Positions 18,479 through 28,065 of a stretch of DNA of 52,208 bases are shown here, in pieces. Made by a program: the position numbers and the translations under genes. Source of the DNA: a virus (taxonomy: Duplodnaviria; Caudoviricetes); the IMG/VR virus record IMGVR_UViG_3300027782_000116, positions 1-52,208 of that record, one strand, 5' to 3'. How positions within the stretch are numbered: the first letter of the stretch is position 1; every line of letters starts with the position of its first letter. The notes under the pieces are model-generated. The model was not told the DNA's origin. It made no database searches and worked only from the letters and a program-made list of their open reading frames with translations.

Positions 18479-18721
18479 ATGAAAATATTAGATATTGATG
18501 TTAAAATCATCAAAAACAAACAAAAAATTAAAAGTTTTCAAAAAACTTTTAACACTAATGAACCATTAACGGTTGAACACATTAAAGGTGTTATTAAAAA
18601 TGAAATGGGATTTCCATTTGAAATAGTAAAAGAAGAATTTTACTGTAAGTCAAATGAATTAAAAAATGAAGATAACGCACCATTTAAATCAGGTAACGAA
18701 TTTATTTTAACAATTAAGTAA
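18479..18721 (+). CDS. Small protein with predicted ubiquitin-like beta-grasp fold
   Basis: TVEHIKGVIKNEMGFP aligns with ubiquitin TIENVKAKIQDKEGIP; overall beta-beta-alpha-beta-beta-beta pattern; no C-terminal GG. Confidence 0.55.
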   Translation: MKILDIDVKIIKNKQKIKSFQKTFNTNEPLTVEHIKGVIKNEMGFPFEIVKEEFYCKSNELKNEDNAPFKSGNEFILTIK

Positions 18722-19089
18722 TGGAATTTTTTATAAGACAAGGCGCATCTGACCCAATATTAAAGATGAGATTAGTGGACGACGGCAAAAATGATAAGTC
18801 GTCGTTCAATGATTTATTGGAAAATGCCAACATAATATTCGAAATGTTTGAAATAAAAACCGGAGATCCTATTATTTTAAACGCGCAATGTAATATAACC
18901 ACTAGAAATAAGAGATATAATCAAACTACAGATGAATATTATATAACTTACAGATTTACAGAGGATAAAACCGCTATTCCCGGAAAATACGAAGGTATCA
19001 TCACGGTACATTTTTTAGACACCAATCTATTACCAACAACAAAGTTAATATTACCTATTAGAGAAAAACTATATATTAACATTATTTAA
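18721..19089 (+). CDS. BppU N-terminal-like (Ig-fold) baseplate/fibre adaptor
   Basis: F.IRQG...PIL...L and ITYRFTEDKTAIPGKYEGIITVHF...LILP pattern. Confidence 0.55.
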   Translation: MEFFIRQGASDPILKMRLVDDGKNDKSSFNDLLENANIIFEMFEIKTGDPIILNAQCNITTRNKRYNQTTDEYYITYRFTEDKTAIPGKYEGIITVHFLDTNLLPTTKLILPIREKLYINII

Positions 19090-19185
19090 GATTTTTTCTT
19101 TTTTTAGAATTTTTTATGTATTTTTACAAAGTTAAGGCAAATTACGATTTTCGTAAGCTAATGTGTCACTTTTAAAATACATAAA

Positions 19186-22083
19186 ATGAAAGAGGTTATC
19201 TCTCAGGAAGTTATTGAAAACTTTCTAAATGGCTCTGATCCAGAAGAGTTCATAGTTGGCATTGAGTATGATTACAGATCCAACAAAATTTACAAAATTA
19301 TTCAAGACCCAGTTAAAGGTAAGTATATTGTTGAAGATACCTTTGTTCCGTTTTTATGGGTTGGCGATTTAAGTGAGTTCAATTTTTACGGCGGGAGCAA
19401 GGCAACCCAAAAGAAAAAAATGGGCGAATTCGGTATTTTAAGTACCAAATTAGAAACACATGGTAATGAGCGACTAGAAGGTGGCTTAAGTTATTTAGTT
19501 AAAAGCATAAAGGGTTATCATGAATTAATTAATTTTTTCAAAATGGGTGGTGTTAATCCATGGGATGAAAAATTTAAATCACAATTTCAAATATTAACAC
19601 CTGTTGAACAATATCTTATACAAAAGAAAAAAAGATTATTTAAAGGTATTGAAGAATATTCAGAAGTTCATCGTTTTGTATTTGACATTGAGACCACGGG
19701 GCTTACTCCAGAAGATTGTAATATAATCTTGATTGGAATTAAGGACAATCGTGGTTTAAATAAAACAATTAGTGCATTTGGTGAAGATGGTGAAAAAAAA
19801 TGTATTGAGGCATTTTTTGCGGCTATAAAAGAATTAAAACCAACAATCATAAGTGGGTATAACTCAGCAGCGTTTGACTTACCATTTATTATGCGTAGAG
19901 CTGAGATACTAGGTATTAATATTAAAGAAATGACTCAAATATTCACTAACGATGGTATTAGAACAAAAGAGGGTTCGCTTAAATTAGCTAGTGAGGTTGA
20001 ACCATATACACAATATGTTTTATGGGGTTTTAGTATTATAGACATTGCACATGCAGTTAGAAGAGCACAAGCAATTAATTCCGAAATTAAAAGTTGGGGT
20101 TTGAAATACATAACAACATATTTGGAGAAAGAAAAAACAAATCGTGTTTACGTTGATGGTGCATTTATTTCAAAAATATATTTAGAAAATGAAAGTTATT
20201 ATGTTAACCCTAAGACTGGTAAGTATAAAAAAATTGGTGAGCCTGGGACAGAGGGTTTAACTGAAAAATATCCGGGGAAATTTGAAATATGGCCGGGTAG
20301 AAAAATTGTTGAGCAATATCTTGATGATGACTTGTACGAAACTATGGTTGTTGATGATAGTTTTAGCCAATCTACTTTTTTACTTTCAAAAGTAATTCCA
20401 ACAACATACGAAAGAGTGGCAACCATGGGCACAGCAACATTATGGAAAATTATAATGTTAGCGTGGTCTTATGAAAATAATTTAGCAATACCGGCAAAAG
20501 ATGAAAAGAGAGCGATTACTGGAGGGTTATCTCGTTTATTGAATGTTGGGTATTCAAAGAACATTGTTAAGTTTGACTATTCGTCGCTTTATCCATCAAT
20601 TCAATTGGTGTACGATGTATTCCCTGAATGTGATGTTATGGGTGTACAAAAATCTATGTTAAAATATTTCCGTAACATTCGTATTAAGTATAAACATCTT
20701 GCTGGTGAATTAAAAGATAAAGACCCAGTAATGGCCGAGATGTATGATCGTAAACAATTACCAATTAAGATTTTTATCAATGCTTATTTTGGTTCATTAT
20801 CTGCACCACAAGTATTTCCGTGGGGTGATATGAATATGGGTGAAACTATTACATGTGTTGGACGTCAATGTTTACGTATGATGATTATGTTCTTTCAAAA
20901 CAAAAATTATAAACCGCTCGTAATGGATACGGATGGTGTGAACTTTGAGACTCCTGAAAATATTAACGACACTGTTTATATTGGTAAAGGATTAAATGAA
21001 TTAGTGATTGAAGGTAAAGAGTATCGTGGTATTGAAGCTGATACTGCGGAATTTAATGATATTTTTATGAGAGGTGAAATGGGATTAGATATTGATTATA
21101 TTGCACCTGCGTGTATTAATGTTTCTCGTAAAAATTATATAATTAAATTAATTAAGAAAGGTAAAGAAAAAATTAAACTTACAGGTAACACCATCAAATC
21201 TAAAAAATTACAACAATATGTTGTTGATTTCTTAGATGAGGGCCTTAAACTTTTATTAAATGGTGATGGGCATGATTTTTTAAATCTTTATTATGATACT
21301 GTTGAAAAAATATACAATAAAGAAATACCATTAGCAAAAATAGCAAACAAAGCGCGTGTTAAACAAAGTGTTTCTGATTATAAAAAATACATTTTAAGAA
21401 CTACTAAAGCAGGCGCATTAATGTCAAGACAAGCGCATATGGAACTTGTTGTTCAAAATGATTATCACGCTAGTTTAGGTGAAACAATTTATTACATTAA
21501 CAACGGTACTAAAAAAGGTGATGGGGATGTTACTAAAATAACCAAACCAACTAAAAAGTTTCAGGAAGAATTTATTGCTAAACACGGTTACCCTATACCT
21601 AATGATTACGTACAAATAAATTGTTACATGATTGATGAGAAAGAATTAAATAATAATCCAAATATGGTTGGGGATTATAATGTGGCTCGTTATTTAACAA
21701 ATTTTAATAAAAGGTTAGAACCATTACTTGTTGTTTTTAATCCAGAAATTAGAGAAGACATTTTAATTGAAGATCCGGCAGATAGAGTTTATTTTACAAA
21801 GAAACAATGTGAACTAACATCTGGATACCCATTAAAAGACGGCGGTCAAGATAAAATTGAAGAGGTTATGACGCTTGCGGATAGTGAGGTATTGTTTTGG
21901 AATCGTGTACAAAGAGATCCTTTCTTCATGTATGTTGAAGATAGTTTAAATAAAGTAGATCAATTTTGGATTGAGCATAATAGAAAAGTTGTGTCTATGC
22001 AAATTAATGGCACGGTTAGCAACGAAGATGAAATAATTGAGACTAATGGTAATGACTATGCGATGCACGCTGTAGAGAGTTAA
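19186..22083 (+). CDS. Family B DNA polymerase (gp43-like)
   Basis: ExoI FDIETTG, ExoII GYNSAAFD, motif A DYSSLYPSI, motif B KIFINAYFG, motif C DTDG. Confidence 0.95.
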   Translation: MKEVISQEVIENFLNGSDPEEFIVGIEYDYRSNKIYKIIQDPVKGKYIVEDTFVPFLWVGDLSEFNFYGGSKATQKKKMGEFGILSTKLETHGNERLEGGLSYLVKSIKGYHELINFFKMGGVNPWDEKFKSQFQILTPVEQYLIQKKKRLFKGIEEYSEVHRFVFDIETTGLTPEDCNIILIGIKDNRGLNKTISAFGEDGEKKCIEAFFAAIKELKPTIISGYNSAAFDLPFIMRRAEILGINIKEMTQIFTNDGIRTKEGSLKLASEVEPYTQYVLWGFSIIDIAHAVRRAQAINSEIKSWGLKYITTYLEKEKTNRVYVDGAFISKIYLENESYYVNPKTGKYKKIGEPGTEGLTEKYPGKFEIWPGRKIVEQYLDDDLYETMVVDDSFSQSTFLLSKVIPTTYERVATMGTATLWKIIMLAWSYENNLAIPAKDEKRAITGGLSRLLNVGYSKNIVKFDYSSLYPSIQLVYDVFPECDVMGVQKSMLKYFRNIRIKYKHLAGELKDKDPVMAEMYDRKQLPIKIFINAYFGSLSAPQVFPWGDMNMGETITCVGRQCLRMMIMFFQNKNYKPLVMDTDGVNFETPENINDTVYIGKGLNELVIEGKEYRGIEADTAEFNDIFMRGEMGLDIDYIAPACINVSRKNYIIKLIKKGKEKIKLTGNTIKSKKLQQYVVDFLDEGLKLLLNGDGHDFLNLYYDTVEKIYNKEIPLAKIANKARVKQSVSDYKKYILRTTKAGALMSRQAHMELVVQNDYHASLGETIYYINNGTKKGDGDVTKITKPTKKFQEEFIAKHGYPIPNDYVQINCYMIDEKELNNNPNMVGDYNVARYLTNFNKRLEPLLVVFNPEIREDILIEDPADRVYFTKKQCELTSGYPLKDGGQDKIEEVMTLADSEVLFWNRVQRDPFFMYVEDSLNKVDQFWIEHNRKVVSMQINGTVSNEDEIIETNGNDYAMHAVES

Positions 22084-22712
22084 TATACAATTGGGAAAAG
22101 AATGGAACTCATAAATTCTTTAGCTCTCTCTTCACCGAGTTTGGCTTTTAAGACATTATATGTTCTTTCATTCTTTTGCTGTTGTAAACAATATCTATTT
22201 TGCCCTTCAGCTATTTCATTTACTCTTTGTGGAATTGATTCGCATTGACCTAACATTTCAATATAGTCTTCAAAACTTCTTATTGCAATATTTGCAATAA
22301 TTTCAAATTCTTCATCACTAGGTACAATTGCAATTGCATCTTTTGAAAAAATCACCTTAGCCCAATCTGGTAAATTATACGGTGTCTTAAATTCGTAAGG
22401 CGAAACATATGTCTCCTCGTTAGCCACTGGGCTCCAATCCATAAACGCCGCCAAACATTTCTTGCTAGTAGTGATAATGTCAAAACCAAATATTGGGTCT
22501 GGACATGTAGCATTTGGGAAACACGTAAAATGAAGTACTTCCAAGTTAGCATCGCTGTATCTCTCGATATGGGCAATTCTAAAATGTTCAGCGATAAATC
22601 TACGATTATCCCAACCAAAATCTTCAGTTGGTATTTTAACTCCTTCACACTCTTTGTATATTATTTGTTCTAATTTATTAGCGACTAAATTCAGCGTTTC
22701 CTTGTAATTCAT
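22080..22712 (-). CDS. Ferredoxin-dependent bilin reductase, PcyA/PcyX-like
   Basis: FRIAHIE, LEVLHFTCFP, PIFGFD, DWSP, LPDWAKVIFS, QNRYCLQQQKNERT..VL, FM..ILFP; H48/E50/H61/D78 match PcyA H74/E76/H88/D105 spacing. Confidence 0.9.
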   Translation of the reverse strand: MNYKETLNLVANKLEQIIYKECEGVKIPTEDFGWDNRRFIAEHFRIAHIERYSDANLEVLHFTCFPNATCPDPIFGFDIITTSKKCLAAFMDWSPVANEETYVSPYEFKTPYNLPDWAKVIFSKDAIAIVPSDEEFEIIANIAIRSFEDYIEMLGQCESIPQRVNEIAEGQNRYCLQQQKNERTYNVLKAKLGEERAKEFMSSILFPIVY

Positions 22713-23202
22713 CTAATATATTGATTATAAATTGAAACCCTTTATTTACTTCATCTGACCATTCGTCTTTTTGTACTGCACGAATAGACCCAACACATTC
22801 CATCATATTTTCAAAATCATACATTTTACCAGATCCTGGTACTTTTGTCTTCATCATTTGACCACCATATGCTAGTGCTAAATAATTTAAATAAATGTGT
22901 GGTAAAATATCTTCATTACTTAATGATTGAAGATAGACACCATATTCTTTAGTAGATTCTAAACTTACTGTCTTAGTAATAAGTCCGGTTTCTAGTTCTC
23001 TAATATCTTCAAAAATTAATTTTTCCCTAGGTAAGTTTGGGTGAGGTAATTTATGCTGCTCAATGATAGTAAAAATAACAGATTGTTGTCTAAGGTAATT
23101 TAAGTATTCTTCATTACTTAATAATCCTCTAAACATTTTTTGATTGAACTCCATCTTCTCAGCTTTGCTGTGAAGTTCTGATGTTGATTCTTTTAAATTC
23201 AT
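22678..23202 (-). CDS. Heme oxygenase (HemO/Ho1-like)
   Basis: LKESTSELHSKAE (proximal His11), YLNYL, R...IFEDI, HIYLNYLALAYGGQ, EVNKGF. Confidence 0.9.
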   Translation of the reverse strand: MNLKESTSELHSKAEKMEFNQKMFRGLLSNEEYLNYLRQQSVIFTIIEQHKLPHPNLPREKLIFEDIRELETGLITKTVSLESTKEYGVYLQSLSNEDILPHIYLNYLALAYGGQMMKTKVPGSGKMYDFENMMECVGSIRAVQKDEWSDEVNKGFQFIINILDELQGNAEFSR

Positions 23203-23206
23203 AAAA

Positions 23207-23214
23207 CAAATATA
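23207..23214 (-). promoter_or_regulatory. Bacteroidota-type -7 promoter element TAnnTTTG (TATATTTG) for the bilin cassette
   Basis: Exact consensus 4 nt upstream of the heme oxygenase ATG; no clear -33 TTTG. Confidence 0.45.
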
Positions 23215-23215
23215 C

Positions 23216-24331
23216 TTAAATTACTGTAATAGGTGAAGGCATTGCCCTAAATTTAAGCGCTTTGTTCAAGTTTTCCGCTTCTCCACCTTTTCTCTCTAAC
23301 ATCTTATCAGGGCGTAAACGTTCCAATCTTGCCATTAATTCTTCAACTAATTTAATTCTTTCGTCTTTTGCTTCTGTTAATAATGTGACGTAATCTAACT
23401 TAATATCACTATCCGGTACTTTAAGATCACCAGAGAATTTACCATATATTCTACCTAACGCTTCTTTACAATAGGTCATTAAGAACTTTCTAACCCAGTT
23501 TTGTGCAGGTCTATTTAATTCGTCCCAAACCATTCCTTGTGTCATTACGTCTGAAGGTAATTTGATAACGTCTTTGTTTTCTTTTAAACAAGTGTCTCTA
23601 TCGAATGTATCATAATACCAATACCAAACTCTATTGTTGCTTTTCACAACTTGACCAAAATCAAACTTACCTCCCGGTACATTATATAAATGAACGTATT
23701 TTTTGCCTTCTGGGCCGGCAGTTATTCTATAAGTTAAATCACCACCAATAAGGCGGTTCTTCATGCTTCTATCTTGCATTCTCATTAAAAGGTCAAAAGC
23801 TGGCATCATAAAATATGAACCGGCGTTACCCATTTGAGCCATACCACCTAAAGCACCAAATCCCATACCACCAAGACCACCAAAACCACCAATGAATGGG
23901 TCCATAATTGAATCGCTAAGTTCAGCGCGGCTAAACCATAATAATTCATTTATTTCACGACCAGCGGGAATTTCGTAAACTTGTTGATTAGGTACAATTT
24001 CAATTGAATCCTTTTTTAGTATCCAAGGGCCATTAGCTTGTAAACCAACAATTTTAGAATAAGAATATGTAAACTGATCTTCATAGTTTAAGCTTCTATT
24101 CATAAACGCATTGGCTAATGATTGGTTATCCACGTCTAAACCGTTCAAAGAAGACCATTGTGACTCGATTAACCAGTCGTTGACTAGTTGATCATATTCA
24201 TTCATGGAAAGCTCTAAAAACGTATCCATTTGCTCTTCTGTTAATTCTACACCACGAACTGGCATACCTAACAGATGTAAAATCTGGCTGTATAATTTTT
24301 CTCTTTCTGTACTACTAATAGGTGTACTCAT
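23216..24331 (-). CDS. Neck protein (T4 gp13-like head-tail adaptor)
   Basis: LGMPVRGVELTEEQMD N-terminus, WVRKFLMTYCKEALGRIYGKFSG..VP...I.L, typical of gp13-like proteins. Confidence 0.75.
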   Translation of the reverse strand: MSTPISSTEREKLYSQILHLLGMPVRGVELTEEQMDTFLELSMNEYDQLVNDWLIESQWSSLNGLDVDNQSLANAFMNRSLNYEDQFTYSYSKIVGLQANGPWILKKDSIEIVPNQQVYEIPAGREINELLWFSRAELSDSIMDPFIGGFGGLGGMGFGALGGMAQMGNAGSYFMMPAFDLLMRMQDRSMKNRLIGGDLTYRITAGPEGKKYVHLYNVPGGKFDFGQVVKSNNRVWYWYYDTFDRDTCLKENKDVIKLPSDVMTQGMVWDELNRPAQNWVRKFLMTYCKEALGRIYGKFSGDLKVPDSDIKLDYVTLLTEAKDERIKLVEELMARLERLRPDKMLERKGGEAENLNKALKFRAMPSPITVI

Positions 24332-24360
24332 TTGGTCCTTGTTTTATAATAAATATAAAA

Positions 24361-26112
24361 CTATATCAATTTGGTAAGAAGTTCTGATGCAAAAGTGTTA
24401 CTATATTCCCCATCACCCATAACTTGGTCAATAATATCTTTCTTTTTCTGTAAAATGTTGAATATTTGCATCTCAACTGTGTTTTCAAAAACTGGGTAGT
24501 AAACTAACACACTATTTTTTTGACCATATCTATATGCTCTGTCTTCTGCCTGGGAATGATCTGCCGGCACAAAAGATAAGTCATTCATTATCACAGCTTC
24601 GGCCGCGGTTAAAGTTATTCCAACACCACCAGCTTTGATGTTTGATATAAACACCTTTATCTTATCGTTAGTTTGAAATTTATCAACACTTTCTTGTCTT
24701 TTTTCTTTACTCATTCTACCATCTAATGTCACCGAGTTTTTTTTGTACTTTTCGTGGATTAGATCTAAACTCATAGTAAAGTTGGTGAACACAATGACCT
24801 TTTTATCTTGTTCAATAAACTTATCTATTAATTCACAAGTATAGTTAACTTTCTCAACAGCAATAAGTTGTCTAATTCTCATTAAACGATTTAATGTTAC
24901 AGAAATGCTTTCTTTCTTCTGATTTTCTTTACTTATTCTCATGAACTCTTCTAGCTCATCATCATAGTAAGTGTTTTTTAATTCTAGATATATTGGTGCA
25001 ATAATTTTTTCAGGTAGATCTAAAATATCTGATTTTAATCTTCTTAATACAATATTCTTAGTTCTTTCACGAAGTTCATCTAAATTAGATGCCCCACTTG
25101 TATTCCATACTTTTCTTTGTCCAACTCTAAATTGATACCCAGCACAATATCTACGAACATAAACCTGCCAATTTAATGCTAATGGTGAGTTAACAATACT
25201 AAGTAAGTTAAAAAAGTTAATAGGTCTTGAAGTCATTGGTGTACCAGTTAATAACCAGACTCTTGGGATATTATCTAGTATATCATTTAATAACCTAGTT
25301 CTTTGTGATGTTGTATTAGAAATATAATGTGCTTCATCAACAATAGCCAAATCAAATTTTTCTTTTGCTATTAATTGATATGCCTCACTGTCTTCACTCT
25401 TATCAGTTGTGTGGAAGTTTTTTAATATATCATAATTGATGATATAATAATCAAATGTAGAACCCCATTTTCTACCTTCGATAACTAAAATTTTTCTATC
25501 TGTATAGTTTTTTATTTCACGTTCCCAGTTAATCTTCAAAGATGCTGGACAAACAATTAATATTTTTTTAGCCTTACTTTCTAAAGACGCAATAACAGCC
25601 GCAGTAGTTTTACCTAGCCCCATATCATCAGCTAATATAAATCTTTCATTAGCTAATAATTTTTCAATAGCTTCCTTCTGATGCTCTAGTGGTGGCCTTT
25701 TATCATAAGGCGTATAATCTATTTCTCTATTTAATTTTTTTTCTTCTTGAATGATTGCGGCCTTTGGTACCCAAAAAGCATGTAATTTTTCTGCCTCAAG
25801 AATTTTGCCCCAAATGTGAAATGCTTTATCACTACCACATAACAATTTTTCTACCCATATCTCTTCTGGCATTTTTGGTAATAATCTATCTTCTCTTAAC
25901 TTCTCAGCAAAGTTAGATACGACCTTAACCCACTTCCTAGCAACCTTGGGAGTTTCATTCTCGTATTTTATAACATAATCGGCTTGTGTTCTAGAAAGAC
26001 CAAATGCCTTAACTTCAGACATTTTTTTCTTTAAATCTAGAATATGATTGTTTGACCCTTCATAGGTCTCCAAGATTTCCCTGGCAATCACTTCCGGTAT
26101 TTTTGTTTCCAT
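24361..26112 (-). CDS. SNF2-family helicase (HARP/SMARCAL1-like)
   Basis: ADDMGLGKT, CPASL..NW.RE, DEAH, LTGTP, LRRLK, GGVGITLT, QAEDRAYRYGQ. Confidence 0.95.
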   Translation of the reverse strand: METKIPEVIAREILETYEGSNNHILDLKKKMSEVKAFGLSRTQADYVIKYENETPKVARKWVKVVSNFAEKLREDRLLPKMPEEIWVEKLLCGSDKAFHIWGKILEAEKLHAFWVPKAAIIQEEKKLNREIDYTPYDKRPPLEHQKEAIEKLLANERFILADDMGLGKTTAAVIASLESKAKKILIVCPASLKINWEREIKNYTDRKILVIEGRKWGSTFDYYIINYDILKNFHTTDKSEDSEAYQLIAKEKFDLAIVDEAHYISNTTSQRTRLLNDILDNIPRVWLLTGTPMTSRPINFFNLLSIVNSPLALNWQVYVRRYCAGYQFRVGQRKVWNTSGASNLDELRERTKNIVLRRLKSDILDLPEKIIAPIYLELKNTYYDDELEEFMRISKENQKKESISVTLNRLMRIRQLIAVEKVNYTCELIDKFIEQDKKVIVFTNFTMSLDLIHEKYKKNSVTLDGRMSKEKRQESVDKFQTNDKIKVFISNIKAGGVGITLTAAEAVIMNDLSFVPADHSQAEDRAYRYGQKNSVLVYYPVFENTVEMQIFNILQKKKDIIDQVMGDGEYSNTFASELLTKLI

Positions 26113-26160
26113 AGTAAAATATAAATAAAAACAAACACTTTATAAACTATTTATTATCAT

Positions 26161-26673
26161 ATGGACAATAAATTACCTATCACTAGACTCAGCAAATTCT
26201 TCTCACAAGAAGACTTTGATTTACAAGTAGACATCGGTCAGGAGTATCTTCACGGCGATTTAAACATGAAACTTGTACTTTATCGAGTAGATAAACAAAA
26301 AACCGATAAAGACGATGTTTATGGTGAGGTTGGATTAGATGAGATCAAGTTTTTCCCTCCGGTAGAATTTAATGCGTTGGTTAAAATTGAAGGGCCAAAA
26401 AACAGTACATATAAGGGCGGAATGCTTAGGTATAACGAGCCGGGAAATTTAGTTTTATCTGTTTATATTAAACATTTGAACGATTTGAAGATAGATATAA
26501 AATATGGTGATTATATTGGATATGTAGAATCTGAAGATAAAATTAGATATTACACAGTAACAAATGACGGTAAGGTTACATCAGATAATAAACACAACTT
26601 ATTTGGCTATAAACCTTATTATAGATCAATAACTTGTGCAATTGCTCAAGAGCAAGAATTTAGAGGAGTATAA
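26161..26673 (+). CDS. Head-closure/neck protein (gp14-like)
   Basis: DDVYGE..., L..L.IDIKYGDYI pattern; position before the tail terminator; TATTTATT upstream. Confidence 0.6.
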   Translation: MDNKLPITRLSKFFSQEDFDLQVDIGQEYLHGDLNMKLVLYRVDKQKTDKDDVYGEVGLDEIKFFPPVEFNALVKIEGPKNSTYKGGMLRYNEPGNLVLSVYIKHLNDLKIDIKYGDYIGYVESEDKIRYYTVTNDGKVTSDNKHNLFGYKPYYRSITCAIAQEQEFRGV

Positions 26674-26674
26674 C

Positions 26675-27910
26675 ATGGGAATGCCAAAAAGAAAGACCGA
26701 CATACAGGTCTACAGAGGTAAAGAACTTACTGAAAGAAGACAGGAGTTGTTAGATAGAATAACAAAATCTGATACTTTTTTACCAGACACTATTTTACAT
26801 GACGATTTAGACTCTGGGATGTTAGACTATGTAAAAAAAGAATTTAAGGTAGTTAGTGACGGGGCTAAAATACCAGTTATACCCAAAATTTTAACAATTC
26901 AAAGATGGGCACAACTTACTAATACTTGGGAGTTTTCAGATAATGACGGTAATATGAAGGTTCCTTTTGTTGCAGTTATTAGAAAACCTGACGTTCAACC
27001 AGGAACTAACCCTTCGGTAATTAGAACCGTTCCAGATAGACATCAGTTCCATTACGCCACCGTTCCTACTTGGAATGGCACTCAAATGGGTGCAGATGTT
27101 TATAAAATACCACAACCAATCCCTGTTGATATTACATATGACGTCACTATTGTCTGCACAAAAATTAGAGAATTGAATAAATTCAATAAGATTGTGATGG
27201 AAAGGTTTGCATCTAGACAGGACTATACAACCGTAAAAGGGCATTATATACCGATAGTATTGGACAGAATTGAGGATAATTCACCAATCGATCAAATAGA
27301 TGGCCGTAGATTTTACCTTCAAACATACACGTTTACTATGCTTGGGTTCTTAATTGATCAAGATGAGTTTGAGGTTAAACCAGCAATAAGTCGTTTTTTC
27401 CTTTTGAATGAGTTTGCTAAAAATACTAATTACCAAAAGAAATATATAAATAAAACTATATTATTAACTGTTGTTAATTTTAAGGCCGATGGGTTACAAA
27501 CAGCATTTAGTGTTGGTGAGAGTATTGGCATTTTATTTAGTGTTGCTATTAATGGTCTTTTACAAGAAAGAGATATTGACTATTTCCATATAGGTGGAAC
27601 ATCAAAGATAACTTTTGCGGTTGCACCAGTTGAGGGTAGTACTATAACGATAACTTACTATAAGGGTAGAAATAGTGTTTTCATAGACAACTATGGTAAA
27701 CCAATTCAAGTTAACACAGAATATTTTGTATATGATGGTTCAACATTGATTTTTCAAGTAGCTGGTTCGATTAGTAGCGTTGTTACTTTAGACATAAATG
27801 GTCTTGTTGAAGAAGAAGGTTTTGGTTTTGATATTGTTGCGTATAATCAAATAGGTTTGAATTACACCCCAGTAGTTGGTTCCAAGATTGGTGTAACATA
27901 TTTATTCTAA
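26675..27910 (+). CDS. Tail terminator/sheath stabiliser (gp15-like) with two C-terminal beta-sandwich repeats
   Basis: PQPIPVDITYDVTI...ELNK and R.YLQTYTFTMLGFL; start moved to ATG 26675 after the upstream stop. Confidence 0.65.
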   Translation: MGMPKRKTDIQVYRGKELTERRQELLDRITKSDTFLPDTILHDDLDSGMLDYVKKEFKVVSDGAKIPVIPKILTIQRWAQLTNTWEFSDNDGNMKVPFVAVIRKPDVQPGTNPSVIRTVPDRHQFHYATVPTWNGTQMGADVYKIPQPIPVDITYDVTIVCTKIRELNKFNKIVMERFASRQDYTTVKGHYIPIVLDRIEDNSPIDQIDGRRFYLQTYTFTMLGFLIDQDEFEVKPAISRFFLLNEFAKNTNYQKKYINKTILLTVVNFKADGLQTAFSVGESIGILFSVAINGLLQERDIDYFHIGGTSKITFAVAPVEGSTITITYYKGRNSVFIDNYGKPIQVNTEYFVYDGSTLIFQVAGSISSVVTLDINGLVEEEGFGFDIVAYNQIGLNYTPVVGSKIGVTYLF

Positions 27911-28065
27911 TCTTCGTCATATAGATCTGTTTTTTTGGGTTTACAAACCTCTTCTATAAATTTTTCTAAAATTTTGTAAATTTTTAAACCATTCTTTTCA
28001 CAGTGCTTTTTTAACATCTCGTGATGTTTTTCGCTGATTTTTACGTTTTTGCTTTTGTTTTCCAT
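27907..28065 (-). CDS. Small ribbon-helix-helix-like regulator (52 aa, not in ORF track)
   Basis: MENKSKNVKISEKHHEMLKKHCEKNGLKIYKILEKFIEEVCKPKKTDLYDED; alternating beta strand KNVKIS followed by helix-G-helix. Confidence 0.65.
   Translation of the reverse strand: MENKSKNVKISEKHHEMLKKHCEKNGLKIYKILEKFIEEVCKPKKTDLYDED

Noticed and set aside
19136-19170. GGCAAA...GCTAA resemblance to a c-di-GMP-I riboswitch
   Set aside because: Lacks the GNRA tetraloop/receptor and second stem; too short
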